The position numbers were made by a program, and so were the translations under genes. This document shows positions 38,041-51,330 of a stretch of DNA of 64,000 bases, piece after piece. Location of the stretch: assembly GCA_036172245.1 (NCBI GenBank), contig JAYWIR010000049.1:310001-374000 (forward strand). Direction: 5' to 3'. This DNA comes from Raillietiella orientalis (lineage: Eukaryota). The notes below the pieces were generated by a model, which saw nothing but the letters and a program-made list of their open reading frames with translations, was not told where the DNA came from and did no database searches. How positions within the stretch are numbered: the stretch's first letter is position 1; each line of letters begins with the position of its first letter.

Positions 38041-39129
38041 TTGCTCCAAAATTTTTTCTGAAGGCCTCAAATCTCGAATCTTTTTCTTCCCTTCAGCCGA
38101 ATGCTATAGAGCCAGGGTGCGATTTAGGGTACTGGCAAAACGATCCAGAAAGGGAGAGACGCCTTGGCGTTGCATGGGCGCTCGATTTCCGTGGGAGGGT
38201 TTGCTCGACCTCTAAATCCACCCTCTTCCCTCCAAGGTGATTGCCTCACCAGCCGAATGAGAAATTCGAGGGTGGCACGGAAGGGTCGCAGCTCTCAAGA
38301 ACGAGGTCAAGTGGCCAGAGAATTTTCAGGAACGTCGGCTGCCTGTTTTTAGCGAGATGTGGGAAGCGAAAAGCCCAGCGTTGGCAAAAGAGATGCCGTC
38401 CGTATGCCGCGTCACAGCTCCCCGGTTCATTATCTGCAAACACAGCTCGGTTTCCTCACACGGGGGGCACCCCAGCCTTGGTGGCGGCGAAGATTGATGC
38501 TCGTCAATACATTTGCTACACGCATCTGACAGAAGATCCGTTACGTTTCCGCGGAACAGAAACGCAGGGAACGAATCCACGAATTTACGCGATCCCGGAG
38601 CGGAAGTCCTTTGAAAGGCATGGTGAAAAATGAGCCACGGTGTGAGATCGCATGTAGATCAGTGAATTCGGGACGCAAGGAAGCCGGAATTTCGGAGCAG
38701 AGCTAAAGCTCAGAACAGATGAAACTCGCGGGGCTCTGGAGGGATTGATCATTCCAGAATCGAAGGATTTGTTTCTTGCTTGATATTGGAAAAGAAAAAA
38801 AACCATTCCTACTCGATACACAGGGAGTGTTGCCTTTTCGGCTTGGGTTCCTGGATGTATTTTGGTTGTTGGGAGATACTCCGGTTCCGCAAACAGGGAC
38901 AGGGCACCACTGCCCCTAGCAGTTGATCTTTCAAGAAGAACATACAGCTGGGAAGAAGCAGGTCGGACTGGTGACCATGGTAACCGGGAAATGCTTTCCG
39001 TTGACCTCGTGATGTGAAAGTTCTTGAGGATGGCGCAGAATTCTGAAAGAATTGAATCCCTGGTGCCGAAAAGGTCAGATGGAGAGTCCTGGAAGTCGAG
39101 CTGCTTCCACTTTAAGCTCTGATTTGCAG

Positions 39130-39700
39130 CCATGTCTTGCTACTGTGCTCCCATCCTAAGTTTCGTCTTCCGGCTTCTCTACGGAAGACCGGTGAGGGCT
39201 GCGACTTCGGTGCTCCTGCATCAGGAAGATATCGCTCGTGAACTTATGAGGTGGTTCTTCGCAGGCAGCGGATTCCTGGCTGGCTCAGCGAAGGGACTCC
39301 TCTCCCAACTCGCAGGTATCCCAGCCTGCGTGTCGGTGGACCTTCCCTTTGTCATCGGTTTGGGACCGATTTCCCAGCCGGTTGCTTCCTTTATTAAATG
39401 AACGCTCTCAGGGCGTGACCTGGAGAGAAATTTCTGTTTGACTTCCAAAGTCTGACCGCCCGCTCGAAGCAACTGACTATGTTCCTGCCCGTGGCATTCG
39501 CGCTACCTCTTGAGCCCTTTTCTGAACGCCGGAGTCCACAGTAGCACCATCGACCCCTGCATTTCACCGCGTGCAGGCCACGCACAACTAGCCGGCGAAG
39601 ACTCCGGCAGACCGGGATTTGCGTGCTGGGAGTCCACCGCTCATCTGCAAAACACGGGAGCTTCAAAGAGTGGACTCTGGCAGAGGAAAGCATTCCTTGA
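39130..39700 (+). mobile_element. LINE ORF1 N-terminal remnant
   Basis: LLHQEDIARELMR matches HQEDIAHYMLR at ~33150(-) and MDSSVHQE at ~50000(+). Confidence 0.45.
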
Positions 39701-40074
39701 CTTCACAGTTCCCATTTCCTGCCTTTTTCTTCATCAATTTCTGTCTACGTTCTCGCAGTGCGCTTCCGGTGAGCCTGGATTGGCTTGCTTTCGGGGAAGA
39801 GCGGTGCATCCGGACCCATCCTGCGCTTCCTGGCTTCGTTTCAGCTTTCAAAGCCCTTCTTTTCCTATGCTCCTGCATCCACGATCGCTGGCCAGAATTT
39901 CTCTCGGAGAGCACACTCAAATGCTTCGATCCGTCTTGAGCCCAGATTTAAAACCCAGCCCTCATTGGCTTTGATGTGCCCTGCGAAGATGTTTATTTTT
40001 TTTCCAGTACCTTTGCTGGGATCCCTCGTGGAAGAACGTTTCAACAAACGTTCTTCTCCGCGCAGGACCGCGCA

Positions 40075-40362
40075 GCGACCGTGTGGTCTTGGCCCTCGCG
40101 CGTGGTATCAAGAGCCGCGAGCTCCAATTCCACTCGGGGAAGGGTCGATGCCGAGAAATGGGTGCGTCTTTCGTTTTGAATTCCCCCGCAAGATGATATT
40201 GGTTGGCCACTTGGATTCGGATGCGCTACTCATGGAAGCCGAATGTCCATGCTGAGTGACTGGGATTGGAAGTCGACCCTCCAGTCGACCCAGACCTCTA
40301 GGTTCCTTCCAGGACATCAACGGGTCCTTTGGGATTTCCCTCCTGCTGTGAAAATGGAGTCC
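40075..40362 (+). mobile_element. tRNA-headed 5' module type A, interrupted at 40362 and resuming at 41298
   Basis: Colinear with 61675-61950. The continuation ccatggagctgg..gatg is found at 41299. Confidence 0.75.
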
Positions 40363-41297
40363 GCGTCGGAGGCTTTGTGGTTGCGGCTTCCGAGCGTGGC
40401 ACCATTAGTCGCGGGTTCGAATACTCCGACAGAAACTGACTCCACTGCGTCCTTGGGTCTTGAATTCCTCCTGCAAGATGGCTCTGGTTGGCCTACGACT
40501 ATTCGGGTGCGGCACCGGTAACGGTTCAAACCGGAGATCCCGATTGAAGGCCGGAATAATAATAATGGACATTCGGGTCCTTCCAGGAATCAAGGAGTGG
40601 GGAGTTCTCCCCTCGGCCATACAACGGAGAGCGGATCCCCACACCGGGGGGACCCCTCAGGTCCGTTCAAGATGTTGCAGGAGCCTTCACAGGCACCTCT
40701 CCAGTTGTTGAAGGAAGCGCTGCCTCTCCCTCCCTGTTGCGGGGGGGACCTTCCGAGTCGCCGCCTCCCTGGAGAGTGCAAGGAAGCAAACGAGAGCGAG
40801 CCCCTTGCTGGAAGCTGCAGCGCCTCTTCTGAATTTCGGAAGCGTCCCTTCGGTGTTCTCTTCAGAGGAGTGAACTGGAGCGGTTCCCTTGCGGGTTCCC
40901 TCCGGAAAAGAAATTCCTACTAGAGGATTCTTCCCGGGTCCCCTTCGGAGATGAAATGGAGAGGACCACCCCTCCCAGTGGGTGTCTCTTCGGAGAGAAT
41001 GAGGAAGGGGATTCCCTTCGGAAACAACTAGCATGGAGGTGCAATCCCCTCCCCCCTCCCGGGGGAATCCCTCCTTAGACGCGAGAGGAACCGGACTCCG
41101 AGTCCTTCCTGGATTCATAGGATAGACCCCCTCCCGGGTTGCCCCCTATCTTGAAGAATTACACGCACCCTCCGCGGGTAACGTGGAACAGTGTCAAAGA
41201 GCCACGTGTGTCGCGAGGCACACGACGGCTCATGAGGTAAATAGCGAAGACAGAAAAAAAAAGAACCCCAAAGGATTCGATCATCAATACACTGCGT
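40363..41297 (+). mobile_element. tRNA-headed 5' module type B, inverted paralog of 33180-34127
   Basis: GTCGGAG...GCGGGTTCGAATA-CTCCGAC head; colinear with the reverse complement of 33180-34127 over ~0.9 kb. Confidence 0.85.
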
Positions 41298-41429
41298 GCC
41301 ATGGAGCTGGCTGATGCTCCTCTCGGAGAGTTGCATCTCCAGAATGCAGGAAGCGCGCTGCTTGCTTCGAGGTTCTATTCAGAGGAGGAGCAACAAGGAG
41401 CGGATTCCTTCTCAATTCCCTTCAGAGAA

Positions 41430-41990
41430 GAAATAAGGACCGCTCTTGCAGCAACGATGCCCTTCTTGAAAAGGGCACTTGGCAGCTGCCAGCAGCCGAG
41501 GTGGAAAGTCTCCAGTGAGAATGCAGGAAGGCAGAAGCTGCGGAATGGATAGACCGTGCGATGGCTGGAGCATGCTGCGATCCCAATTGTTCTTCCACGA
41601 GGACTATATTGCTGGGGTAAGCTGCTCGGTATCCATGGCGAAGATGTGGAGTGGCCTTCGGTGTTCAGAGGCAGCAAATCTCTTCCCCTGAAGCGGCAGG
41701 AGTGGACACTTCTGTTGTTGCACTGGAGTTCACCGTACAAAGCCTGTTGAGACCAGTAGATGCTAAGGAGAGCGAACCCGGACTGTAGCAGGTAAGAGGT
41801 ACGGAAGCCCCTCCTTTACCTGCTCGTGGACTGCGTTGTTCTCCGGTCCCTATAGGAATACGACTCCTCAGTTCTCGGTTGCCGTTCCCAGGGACGTTTT
41901 ACGTGCAGAACGTCCTGCAGCCAGTTTCAGCTCCAATATCTCTTTTCTGCATCCACGATATTGCGGCAGCCTGGAGCAAAGTCGACAAAG
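41430..41990 (+). mobile_element. Decayed LINE ORF2 zf-RVT region
   Basis: LPRGLYCWGKLLGI...WPSVF...LKRQEWTLLLLHWSSP...PDC...LLVDC. Confidence 0.75.
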
Positions 41991-43299
41991 GAAGAAATGG
42001 GAGGACTTCCGAGTTTCGTGAGCTTCTAGGAGAACTGTTCTTTAGAGCTTAGCGGACCAAAAAAGAAGAAAAAAAACCTGGAAAGATAATAGCGGAGGAG
42101 AAAAGAACCCAAAGGAATCTTCCAGGATCCTTCCGCTGGCCAACGGCGGTCTCTTCGCGCTCTGGTATGGACTCGTAACGACCAAAGCCGCTCCTACTGA
42201 GAATGCGAGTGAACTCCAGGTGAGGAAGAAGGGAAAAACTCCTGTGTGCCGAAGATGCGCGTGGTTGGCGCGCAAAGGCAGAGAAAGACATTTTGGAGAG
42301 ACTCTCGATTACAGCGTCTAGCATTCGGAGGAAACCAACGCCCGGAGGGAGAGCCGAGAATTCGGATCTGGTATCTCGATCTGAGGTGGATCCCGGTGCC
42401 CTGCTGTCGAGGGTCGCTCGATGTTTCCGTGACCACCTCGCGGCGGTGTGGGCTCCTGAGAGGTAGTTGGCTGCGCTCCCTCCTGCCGAGCAGGAAGATC
42501 GATGCTATCGATTCATCCCGCAGCCATCTTGGTGAAATCAAGCACGACAACGAAATGGAACCCCAGAAAGATGATCAGAGCCATCCACAAAGCTGAGTCG
42601 GATGATTCGAGTCCTCTGTGTCGCCGCCGGGACAGCGGGGCGTGCATCCGATGGCGCTGCGGAGACCTCGGACTGACTTCCTCCCTCGCTTCGGGCGAAA
42701 TCCCAAGCGCTAACGATCAGCGGATCGAACGGGATCCCTGCACCCGGTACCGTGGTCCGTGTCTCTCGTTTGTCTCCCGTTGCAAATCGAATCCGCCGTT
42801 TAGTTGGCGTTGCGCTGCCTTCAGCGCGCGTCTTCGGATCGGAATCGTTCCCGAAAGTGGGTCGACCACAGGGGCCGGATGACCGAGCACCTCTGGTCCA
42901 TCACGCTGCCAAATTCCAACGATGGGGACTTTAGGTTTTCTTCTTACTAGGTTCGCTGAGTGTTCGGGAACCGCACATCCCCTGGGGGCATCGGAGCGGT
43001 TCGACGATGCCTCCGCGAGGCTCCTCAAACAAGATCACACGCCACCCGAGGGCGCGCGCGTGACCTTGTTGTAAAGTAGTGTCAGACGTCGAGAGACGCC
43101 GAAGGGAACACTTCCCTAATCACACCGGGAATGCCCCGCGTATTCATCGCTGTACCGGAAGGAATCTCGAAGGAAACCCTCCCCTGATTTCTTCTGTAGA
43201 GGGAGAGCTCCCACCGTGAAGGAGAGGAAACTCTCGAGAGGAGTCAATTCGATGGCAAGATGTCTCAAAGTTCTTCGGCAGTCTCGTAATTCAGCCTGT

Positions 43300-45130
43300 C
43301 GAAGAGATGGAAGCCACCAGATTTACTTCGAGCTGCGCCCACGACTTCCCCTCCCCGAGACCACTTGAACGCTCGCCCTTGAGCACTTCCGGAGTTACTG
43401 CCGCAGCAAGCAGAGGAGACCATCGCTGTAGGTGTGTTATCTCTTTTCGAGAAGGGGAAAAACGAGATGACCTCACTCCGGGAGAAGTGAGAGGGAAGGG
43501 AGTCGATGCAAGGGAGGGACTTGCTGGCGCACATTGCGCAGGAAATACTCAGAGCAGCATTCCTTCGCTCCTCATCCTGGATCCTCCCTTCGGCCTTGTT
43601 CCCCTGGAGGCGGTCGGCCATCCTCCCCCTGGACACTCCAGAGCTCTCCGGATCCAGGCAAGGCGCATTGTCCTTTCGCGTTCCAACAGATTCACTGCTG
43701 CGGATCGCGACGGGCCGCCCCGGGAATGGCGGCAGCTGCGGGCATCCAGAAAACTTCACCTTCGCGCCGGAGTGGGAGTGCCTCTGTCGGACTTGTGCGC
43801 TCCGCACCGGGATGGCGGTCTTGGCTCCTGACGCTAGAGCGGATTGAGTTACAGCTGCGATGACGTACCGTGACTATCGCAGCGAAGTTTTAAAGTACCC
43901 CCTGGTGCGTTTCGGCCCGTCTCCTTGCCAGCCGTATATCCAGGATGCAACGACTCACGTCTCATCTTTGGTACCTCGGCAAGAAGACAAGAAAATGAGG
44001 CTTTCTTCTCGGACGCATAGCCACTAAGGAGGACGGCTGGATGGTCTGCAGCCCCGTCAACTCCACCGCATGACTGGAGGAAACTGTTTGCACTTGGGCG
44101 AAGCTCAAAGGATCAGGAAGTGAAAACTGGAACTGCCTGCGTTTTTCCATCTACGCCCGCTGCTCACTGCGGAACATTCTGGAGTGTTCCGCCCGAAGAA
44201 CGTGGGCAGAGACGACCCTTCTAGCTACGGCACTGCCCTTCTTAAGAGCAGCTCTCCTCGGCAGCTGGACGCCGAGGTGGCAATTCTCCTACTGGATAGC
44301 AGGCAGCGAGAAGACATCAAGCGGTTGGACCATGAGGGAGCTGGCTGATGCCGCTACCTCGAGCGTCCTTCCGCGAGGAATACAGAGATGGTGCGGGCCG
44401 CTGGGCATCCCATCGGATGACCTAAAGTGGCTCCCGGTGTTTACAGACTCATTCACCCTCACATTCATCCTCAAGTGGCAGGAGTCGGCGCTCCAGCTGT
44501 TGCACTGGGATCTCCCCTGCAACGCGCGACGCCACCACTGGACGTTGGGGAAGGTGAGGCCGAACTGTGCAGTGTGCAGGGAAATCCACCTGCTAGTGGA
44601 CTGCGCTGCCCTCCGACTCTTGTGGGAACCTTTCCAGACGACCCTCCGGATGTCGGTAGGCAGTACCCTAGAGACGTTGTGAGACTCCTCTTCATGCGAG
44701 ACGCCCTGCCACCAGCCTCAACCCTGGCAGCGCTCTGCTGCCTCCGAGAGATTGTGGCTGCGTGGAGCGCAGCCAACAGAGGAAGCAGCGACAGGGGCGC
44801 CATCATATGCGCAGCTCGCTATCTGAGAATTGCGAGCGGAATGCCCTATCTGGGAGCTATGCAGAGGGACCTCGAGGGCATCCTGGAAAGGATGGACCCT
44901 CCACACAGTGAAAGGTGACCCCTTCCCGGCCCACCCAGGTGTTTCTTTTTTTTTCCTGTTTCATTTTTTATTTTGTTTTTCCCCCATCCCCCTCCGCTGC
45001 CGAGGAGAGTCGAGCCGGTCTGCGTACCGGCTTCCCGGCAGGCCCTTCGATCTATTGACCGTAGCGGGGCCTAGTACCCCAAATGTACAGTGAGTTCGAA
45101 TAAACGAAACGCCGGAACCGGACAGCGGTG
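43300..45130 (+). mobile_element. Decayed LINE ORF2 post-RT to zf-RVT, C-terminus and 3' UTR
   Basis: LKWQESALQLLHWDLPCNARRHHWTLGKVRPNCAVCREIHLLVDCAALRLLW is a clear zf-RVT-type CCHC finger. Tail ...LEGILERMDP, T-rich UTR, AATAAACG at 45099. Confidence 0.85.
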
Positions 45131-46799
45131 AGAGCCTCTTCGAAGGAAGAAAGGAAAAATCACAGCTCCACATTTTCGAGAATCATCTACGGCGGGAATG
45201 ATCTGCTATCCGCGATCGGAGACGGATGCGCCGCGTGATTGATGGCAAAGTGACTGCCTGATGCTCTGGTGATTGATGACCGCGCTCCCGTGCTCCAGGA
45301 CGATTTCCTTCCCGGAGTTCCCTCCAAACCTTAATCTGCTCGATAAATTACCGGGATAGTGCAGCCGCGTTCCACACCCTCTTCGCGCCGGCGAGCGAAG
45401 CTCCGGCAAATTGTTTTTCGCTCCGGAGTTCTTCCACGTTTCCAAGCTGCGGCCGGAAGCGGGGAGCATGGCGGCAGCGCCCAATCGATTTTCATCAGTT
45501 CGCTTTGATGAGAGCGGTACCGCCGCTCATCTCTGCGCGCCGCTCCGCATCCGTCCCGCGCTCGCAGGTACGCAGCTCGGGCGCCTTTCAATAAACGCCT
45601 TTCGGGAACAAAATCGCCAGTAAGCTGGTCTTCGCACCTTTAATCTTTTAAGATTTTTATTGGAACCGCCTTACGCACCACTTCCACGGAAAGAACGAAA
45701 GACTAAAAAACCTGACAACGGAAAAATTGGGCCCATGATTTATTCACCTATGCACGGAGAATGTCGCAGAAGATTCTTTTCTCGGAGAAACAGCTCAGCT
45801 TCCCGATGGAAGCGGTGCGTAAGCCGCTCACTGCGGCACGAAGAGGAGGCACTGTGAGGCAGCCCCACGAGGAATCGGCAGGCCGCTTTTCCGGCTGCTG
45901 AAATCCCGGAAGTTGGTTCTCGCACCCATCTTCAAGCACAGAAACGGGATACAGTCATCTGTGCCTTCCTGATTGCCAGCTTCCTGCTAGCCAGCAGCAG
46001 GAACCGTACCGGTGCCAGGGTACCTGGATTCAAGGCTCTCCTGCTGGCTGGATCCAGGTGTACGGATAAGCGATGGCAACGCCTCGCGACACCACTGTCG
46101 GATAGCGAAGCACCTCCTCCACGCCGGCATCAACCCATCGCAGGAGCGAAAACTCCCGCGTCTCGACCACCCGACTTGGCGTGCCGCCCTCCCTGAGTGC
46201 TTCTCTAGCGCCTCTCGAGTCTCTGTTGCTGTCCTGCTGGCTATCTCTGAATTGAGTCCAGGTCTACAGATGGGCAGTGGAAACGTCTTGTGCCACCTTT
46301 CCTGCGCACTTTGCAAGAATCTGTGCCCCTTTGCTACAGAACTGGGATTTGGATCATGGAGCTTTTCCATAAAGACCATGTGATCCGCATCTAGGTTGAT
46401 CTGTTGGCATGACTATGCAGCTATGCGGATTTGGCTCCTCCATCTCATGGCTCACGTCGCTCGGCTCATATTGAGACTCAGAAGAAGGCATGGAGGAACG
46501 GGGGAACCTTATTCAGGAGTGGTTCACCACGGGAATCTGAGGGGACTGAAAGAGGCAGGGATGCCCAGATGGGCTTGCCGAAGTAAGCGGCAGCCCCACA
46601 GGCTTGCCGTTTTCAGCCACAACGGCAAGTACCTCTCTCTCTCCGCCGGCAGCAAAGGAGTCCAGCATGATGCTCCCGCATCTGGGAAGGGCATCGGCAA
46701 TTCGGGCGCGCGCGATTGCCTCCGCTGACGAGCGCAGCCGCAGCACCGAAGCGCGGTACGGTTTCACTGGAAACGGAAGCTCCTCTGCGGGGAGCAGGC

Positions 46800-47900
46800 T
46801 GACTACCAGAGGTCCAGATGCTGTCACATAGGAAGAAACGCAGATTGCAGTGCGCTTGTAGGGCTGCAGTTAGGATGCTTCCTGTGGTTTCCTTTCTTCG
46901 CCGGGAGGTGACAAGTTTTCGAACCACCCGCGTAATCTCTCTCCTTGAATTCGGATGTTGGTGTCGGCTAAAGACGCGAGCATCCTGCCCGGACGGATCG
47001 GTGGTGACCCACGAGAGAGGCCCAACTGTCCTCCTCGCAGAATGGAACGAGACTCTCTCAATCTTCAAGGAGAGCTCCGAACCTTCAGCGGGGAGATTGA
47101 AGCTCCCGGTGGCTGGACGGAGGAGGCGAAGAGAACTGCGAGCGTTCTTCCCGCAGGGGCTCCCGTCACAGGAAACTCTCCGGACCGTGCGGGGTTGCCA
47201 CTAAGTGCCATCCTCAGCAGAGCCGGTTGTTTCAAGGAAGGTTCCATCGACGCACTCGGTTGGAGTGCGACCCCTGGCGCCACCTGGTGCGCAGGTGAGG
47301 AGGAAGGAGTCATCCGTTCCTCTCTCGCTTGTGAGGGAATCTGCATTCCTTATTCTCCCCGAAGGAAATCAGTCGTTTCTTTTCCGGGAGGAGCATTCGA
47401 GGGAACCGCTCCTTGTTCCTCTTCCTCCGAAGAGAACCCCGAAAGAACGCTTCCCAATTTCTAGGAAGGACGTTCTCAGAATGGAGCAGCGCGCTTTTGA
47501 CACTATGGAGAGGCAGTCCTCCGGGGAAAGCATCAGTCAGCTTCATGGGACGGTCCCATTCTCATCACCAAAGGAAAACCCCGAAGAAAACCAACTTTTT
47601 GATTCATTGAAGGACTCCTAAGGGTCAACTTCCAATCCCGGCCACTCATCGGGACATCCAAGGATTTCCTGCTTCCACCAGTACCGCACTCAGTGCCGTA
47701 ACGTGGCAGGATCAAACGTTCTGCCACAGACATGTAGGTTTATGAGTAAATGCTCCGGTGTGACCGGGCGTCAACCAGTGCCGCACTCGAAGCCTGTAGA
47801 CCAACCAGCATCATACTTGGGAAGGACTCAGAGTCCACAATGACCCTCCCATTCTCGAGCAAGGTTTCATATCAGTCACCGGGATGTGGCCAAGTCATAC
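46800..47900 (-). mobile_element. 5' module remnant followed by LINE endonuclease fragment
   Basis: 47270-47900 shares 5'-module blocks. FSRHQHPNSRREIT at ~46950 resembles the APE motif D.(W/F)R..HP..R.(Y/F)T. Confidence 0.55.
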
Positions 47901-48119
47901 CGGCGACTGGCACGCGTCCCGAGATCAGTTTTTGACTCGATAAGCCTTCTGTCAATCTTCCAATAAGCGTGTTTCCTCCTCCTCCCTTACTCCTCTTTCA
48001 TTCCTTCCTTTCTTCCCCTCATTCCTCCTCCTTCATTCTTTCTCCTCTTCTTTTATTCCTCCTTCTCTTTCCCTTCCTTTTTCGGGTGTATTTGAAGCCG
48101 AGACGCTTGGGAGCTCCTC

Positions 48120-48440
48120 GAAAAAAGAAGCGCGCTTCTGACACTCTGGAGAGGCAGAACCCCAAGGAGGGCAACAGCTAGCTTTATGGATAGGCTCACT
48201 TTCACCACCGAAGGCAAATCACGAAATGAACCGACTCCTTGATTCCTGGAAGCACCTGAAGAGTCAGCTTCTAGTCACTCATCCGCGGTGCTGGGTTTCC
48301 ACCAGTGCCGTTCTCGAAGCCTTCCGGCCAACCAATGCCATTCTGCGGGGACGCACTCGTTTCCCAGAGTCCATCCTTCCCCGAGCAGGATTCGAACCTG
48401 CGACGGCTGGTGCTGCGCGAGGAGGTCGTAGTCAAGCTCT
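48120..48440 (-). mobile_element. tRNA-headed 5' module type A
   Basis: GTCGCAGGTTCGAATCC-tgctcggggaagg head, colinear with 61675-62010. Confidence 0.75.
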
Positions 48441-50249
48441 CTCCAACGGGAACCGGGTTTCGAACGCTTCTTACCCTTTCCAGCTCCTGGAGTTCCGAAC
48501 AGGTTTCGGCGCAGCCGCAGCATCGGGCAGCTGGGCTGCTCCTGCTCCCGCACCGAGCTCATAGCTCTCTGCGGATTTCATCACGTGTTCTCCCGGACGG
48601 ATCTGCCTGCGATGACGCATCAGAGGCGCGGGGATCGCAACACCTCCGTTGGTTCCGCATCAGCGGAATCCTCCCCCTCCGATCTCATTTCCAACGGGGG
48701 AAGGGAAGTTGGGGGGATGGGATGGGTGAATTCGGAATTCTGGAAGAGGAAGAATGCCACGGAACCCGATCGTCGCTCCTTGAGGAGAGTGTGTGCAGAG
48801 CCGGTGGGAAGAAGGGTCACTTCGCTGCTGTCACTGCGGATGCCGGAGCGCTCCTCCACCGCTCTCCACCGCCTTTGGTGCTGACTCAGGTTCCAGTGAC
48901 CCTCCATGTCTTTCCTATGCTGCTCTCCGAAAGCCTAGCATCCCGCGTGCACTCTCAGATTTTTCCATTGAGGGGGAAACCGCTTGTCCCTTCGATACGG
49001 GAGTCTGTCAGGATGAAGGAATGAGGAAAACAGCGAGGCAGTCGTCTGGAGTTCCGGAAGGTTGCAATTGCACCTGAAAAAAGCGAAGACGTGTCACTAC
49101 AAGGTTCTCGGTCCTCCACCTAGCAACGCTCGCAGTCTTCAAGCAACAGCGTCCGTTGTGACTACCTCCTCCACATTCCAGGATTTGCCGGAAGGAATTG
49201 TACCTGGAGGACCCAAAGAAATTCCTTTTCTGAACCCATTCTTTCACTCGCCACGTCTCAGGAAGGTCAGGACAGTTTTGTTTGATGACCTTTGCAGATG
49301 TCGCGTTCGGGAGAGTTCCCACGCGTTCAGCGGAGGTGGCTAGAGAAAGAACGGGTTCGTGCTTGTTTGAGTTTCAGGTGCGGATGGCACATCGCTTCTT
49401 AGTTGTTTTGCACACGCGCTTCCGGGAGGTGGCACAGAGCCCAGATCTTCCCAAGGATGCTTCGAATTTCCATGGCCACTGCCGTCTTCATCAGGAGCCC
49501 GCCTTGCAATGAGAGGACGAGCACAAATGCCAACCCAGCCACATCCAGACGGAGGAACATCGGCGGAATCCAATCGGACGCGAGACGACGCGTACTGTGC
49601 AGTATACTCGGAGGATGCGTGCCAGAACGAGGCATTGCCACGCGGCAACGCACTCAGAGAGCCGGTTCGAAACCGACGCAACCGATGCACGCCTCCGCCA
49701 CCCGCGATCGACGGCTGTCGCAGCGCTGACTGCAGAAGGCCCGGCCAGCTTCGGTCTGTGGCCGCAAGGAGACGCTGAGCAGGATTGAAAGAATTCCCAT
49801 GCCCATGGGAGAAGGTCGTGTGGGCCTCCTTCCTCGGCTTGCGCATCGCCGCTCTTCTCTGCCCAGTCGAACAAAACGAGACGCTGCCGAGGAGCTCAAG
49901 TGAGCTCGTCTTCCAGGGATGATGCGCAAATGTCGTGGAATCCTTGCAAGCACTTCTTCTCCTTTTCTACTTCTTCTCCTCGAGCGACTTTCCAAGAGGA
50001 TGGACTCTTCTGTGCATCAGGAAGTGAAAGTGAGAATGCAGATACCCGCGGATGAGATCTCAGGAACGAGATTGCTTTTCGACTCCAGATCAAGATGGAG
50101 ACCGGATCGCTGCTACCCTTTGCGTTCGAAGGGAAACACGGGAACATGAAGGGAAACGTTCGCTCACGAAGTTTCCTGCGGGATTGCGGACACCCTGAAG
50201 GTGGAGCAATCGGCGCAAGATTCCCTTCATCGTACAATGGTCCACCGCT

Positions 50250-51330
50250 ACTGAACTGCAATGTGGATTAAGTGGAGGTTTGCTCCCCCGCAAGGTGGGA
50301 CACTTTAAAAATAAACAAACTACAAGCTGGTCACACGCGTAAAAAGAAGCTCGCTGGGTACGTCCTTCTGCTTGCAGGCCGGCTTCTATGGAGCAACAAA
50401 GAGAGGACAATGAATAAGGGGAAAACAAGGACGAGAGGATAAGGATGTGGGTCTTTTTTTGCAGCTACGCCTTTTTTTTTACAGCTGGCGCTGAATGCTG
50501 TAAAAACCTGGCTGTCTCCCTGGCGACCTCTTCCAAGTGAGATACCATCTGGCAGCCGTCCTCACTAAAGAGGCTGCCATGCTGGTGACCTCCTTCACTG
50601 CGAACGGAAGCTCCATCACTGAGCGGGCTGCTATGATGGCGCGGATGCAGCATCTCGCTGAGACCACGGCGTATGACGTCAACCCCCTTTGGGTGAAGAA
50701 GCGCCGCAATTCAAAGCGGAGTTCTCCAGGTGGAAAGAGTCACCAAATGTCCCCGAGGGCATCGCACTCCATCAAGAGGTAAGCGGCCTTTAAGGAGGGA
50801 CGCAACACTCCAGGAAATCAGGTGCCCTTGCTGGTTGCACTGGAGTCCCCAATGCATAAGCAGCAAGACATCGTTTCCATCTTCACGGAAACCGCTAAAG
50901 TGTTCATGCAAGCAGGGGAGGGACCACGAGTTCTTTGCGGGGTACACCGAGAAGGTCGCTTCCCACCGAAGGAGTCCCTTGGTCCTGGAACAAGAAGGGG
51001 CACCCCACCATCTCGCTCGTCTTGAAGACGTCGAGGAATTCTTCGACTCCTGTAATTCAGCAGTACGACTCCCATTCTGCAGGTTGGCTGCCTCCACCGC
51101 TTGCCCTGAGGACAGACAGTGCCGTGGTAAGGGGAGAGACGTCTAACCGGGACCACTGCGTCCAGTCTTGCAAGGATTTCTCCCAGCAGCCTTTCTCGGA
51201 AATTCCTCCGGAAGCAATTCCAAAGTGGCCAACCAGGACGCCAGTGGCTTCTGTTGCAAGGCACTCCAGTTTTGGGGGAGGCAGGAGATCCAAGGCAGGG
51301 ATTCCAGCAATGATGCTTCAGGAAATATCC
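50250..51330 (-). mobile_element. Decayed LINE ORF2 3' region
   Basis: DWTQWSRLDVSPL..., homologous to 13400-13700; followed by family tail and T-rich UTR. Confidence 0.65.

Noticed and set aside
40363..40430. Functional tRNA gene (also 29450, 34062, 48390, 56371, 61675)
   Set aside because: Box-like motifs are present but the cloverleaf is incomplete (T-stem 3' strand or acceptor missing), and the copies sit in a longer repeat.
47970..48080. Polypyrimidine tract (and polypurine tract 3430-3515) as a regulatory element
   Set aside because: Simple low-complexity sequence with no further support.
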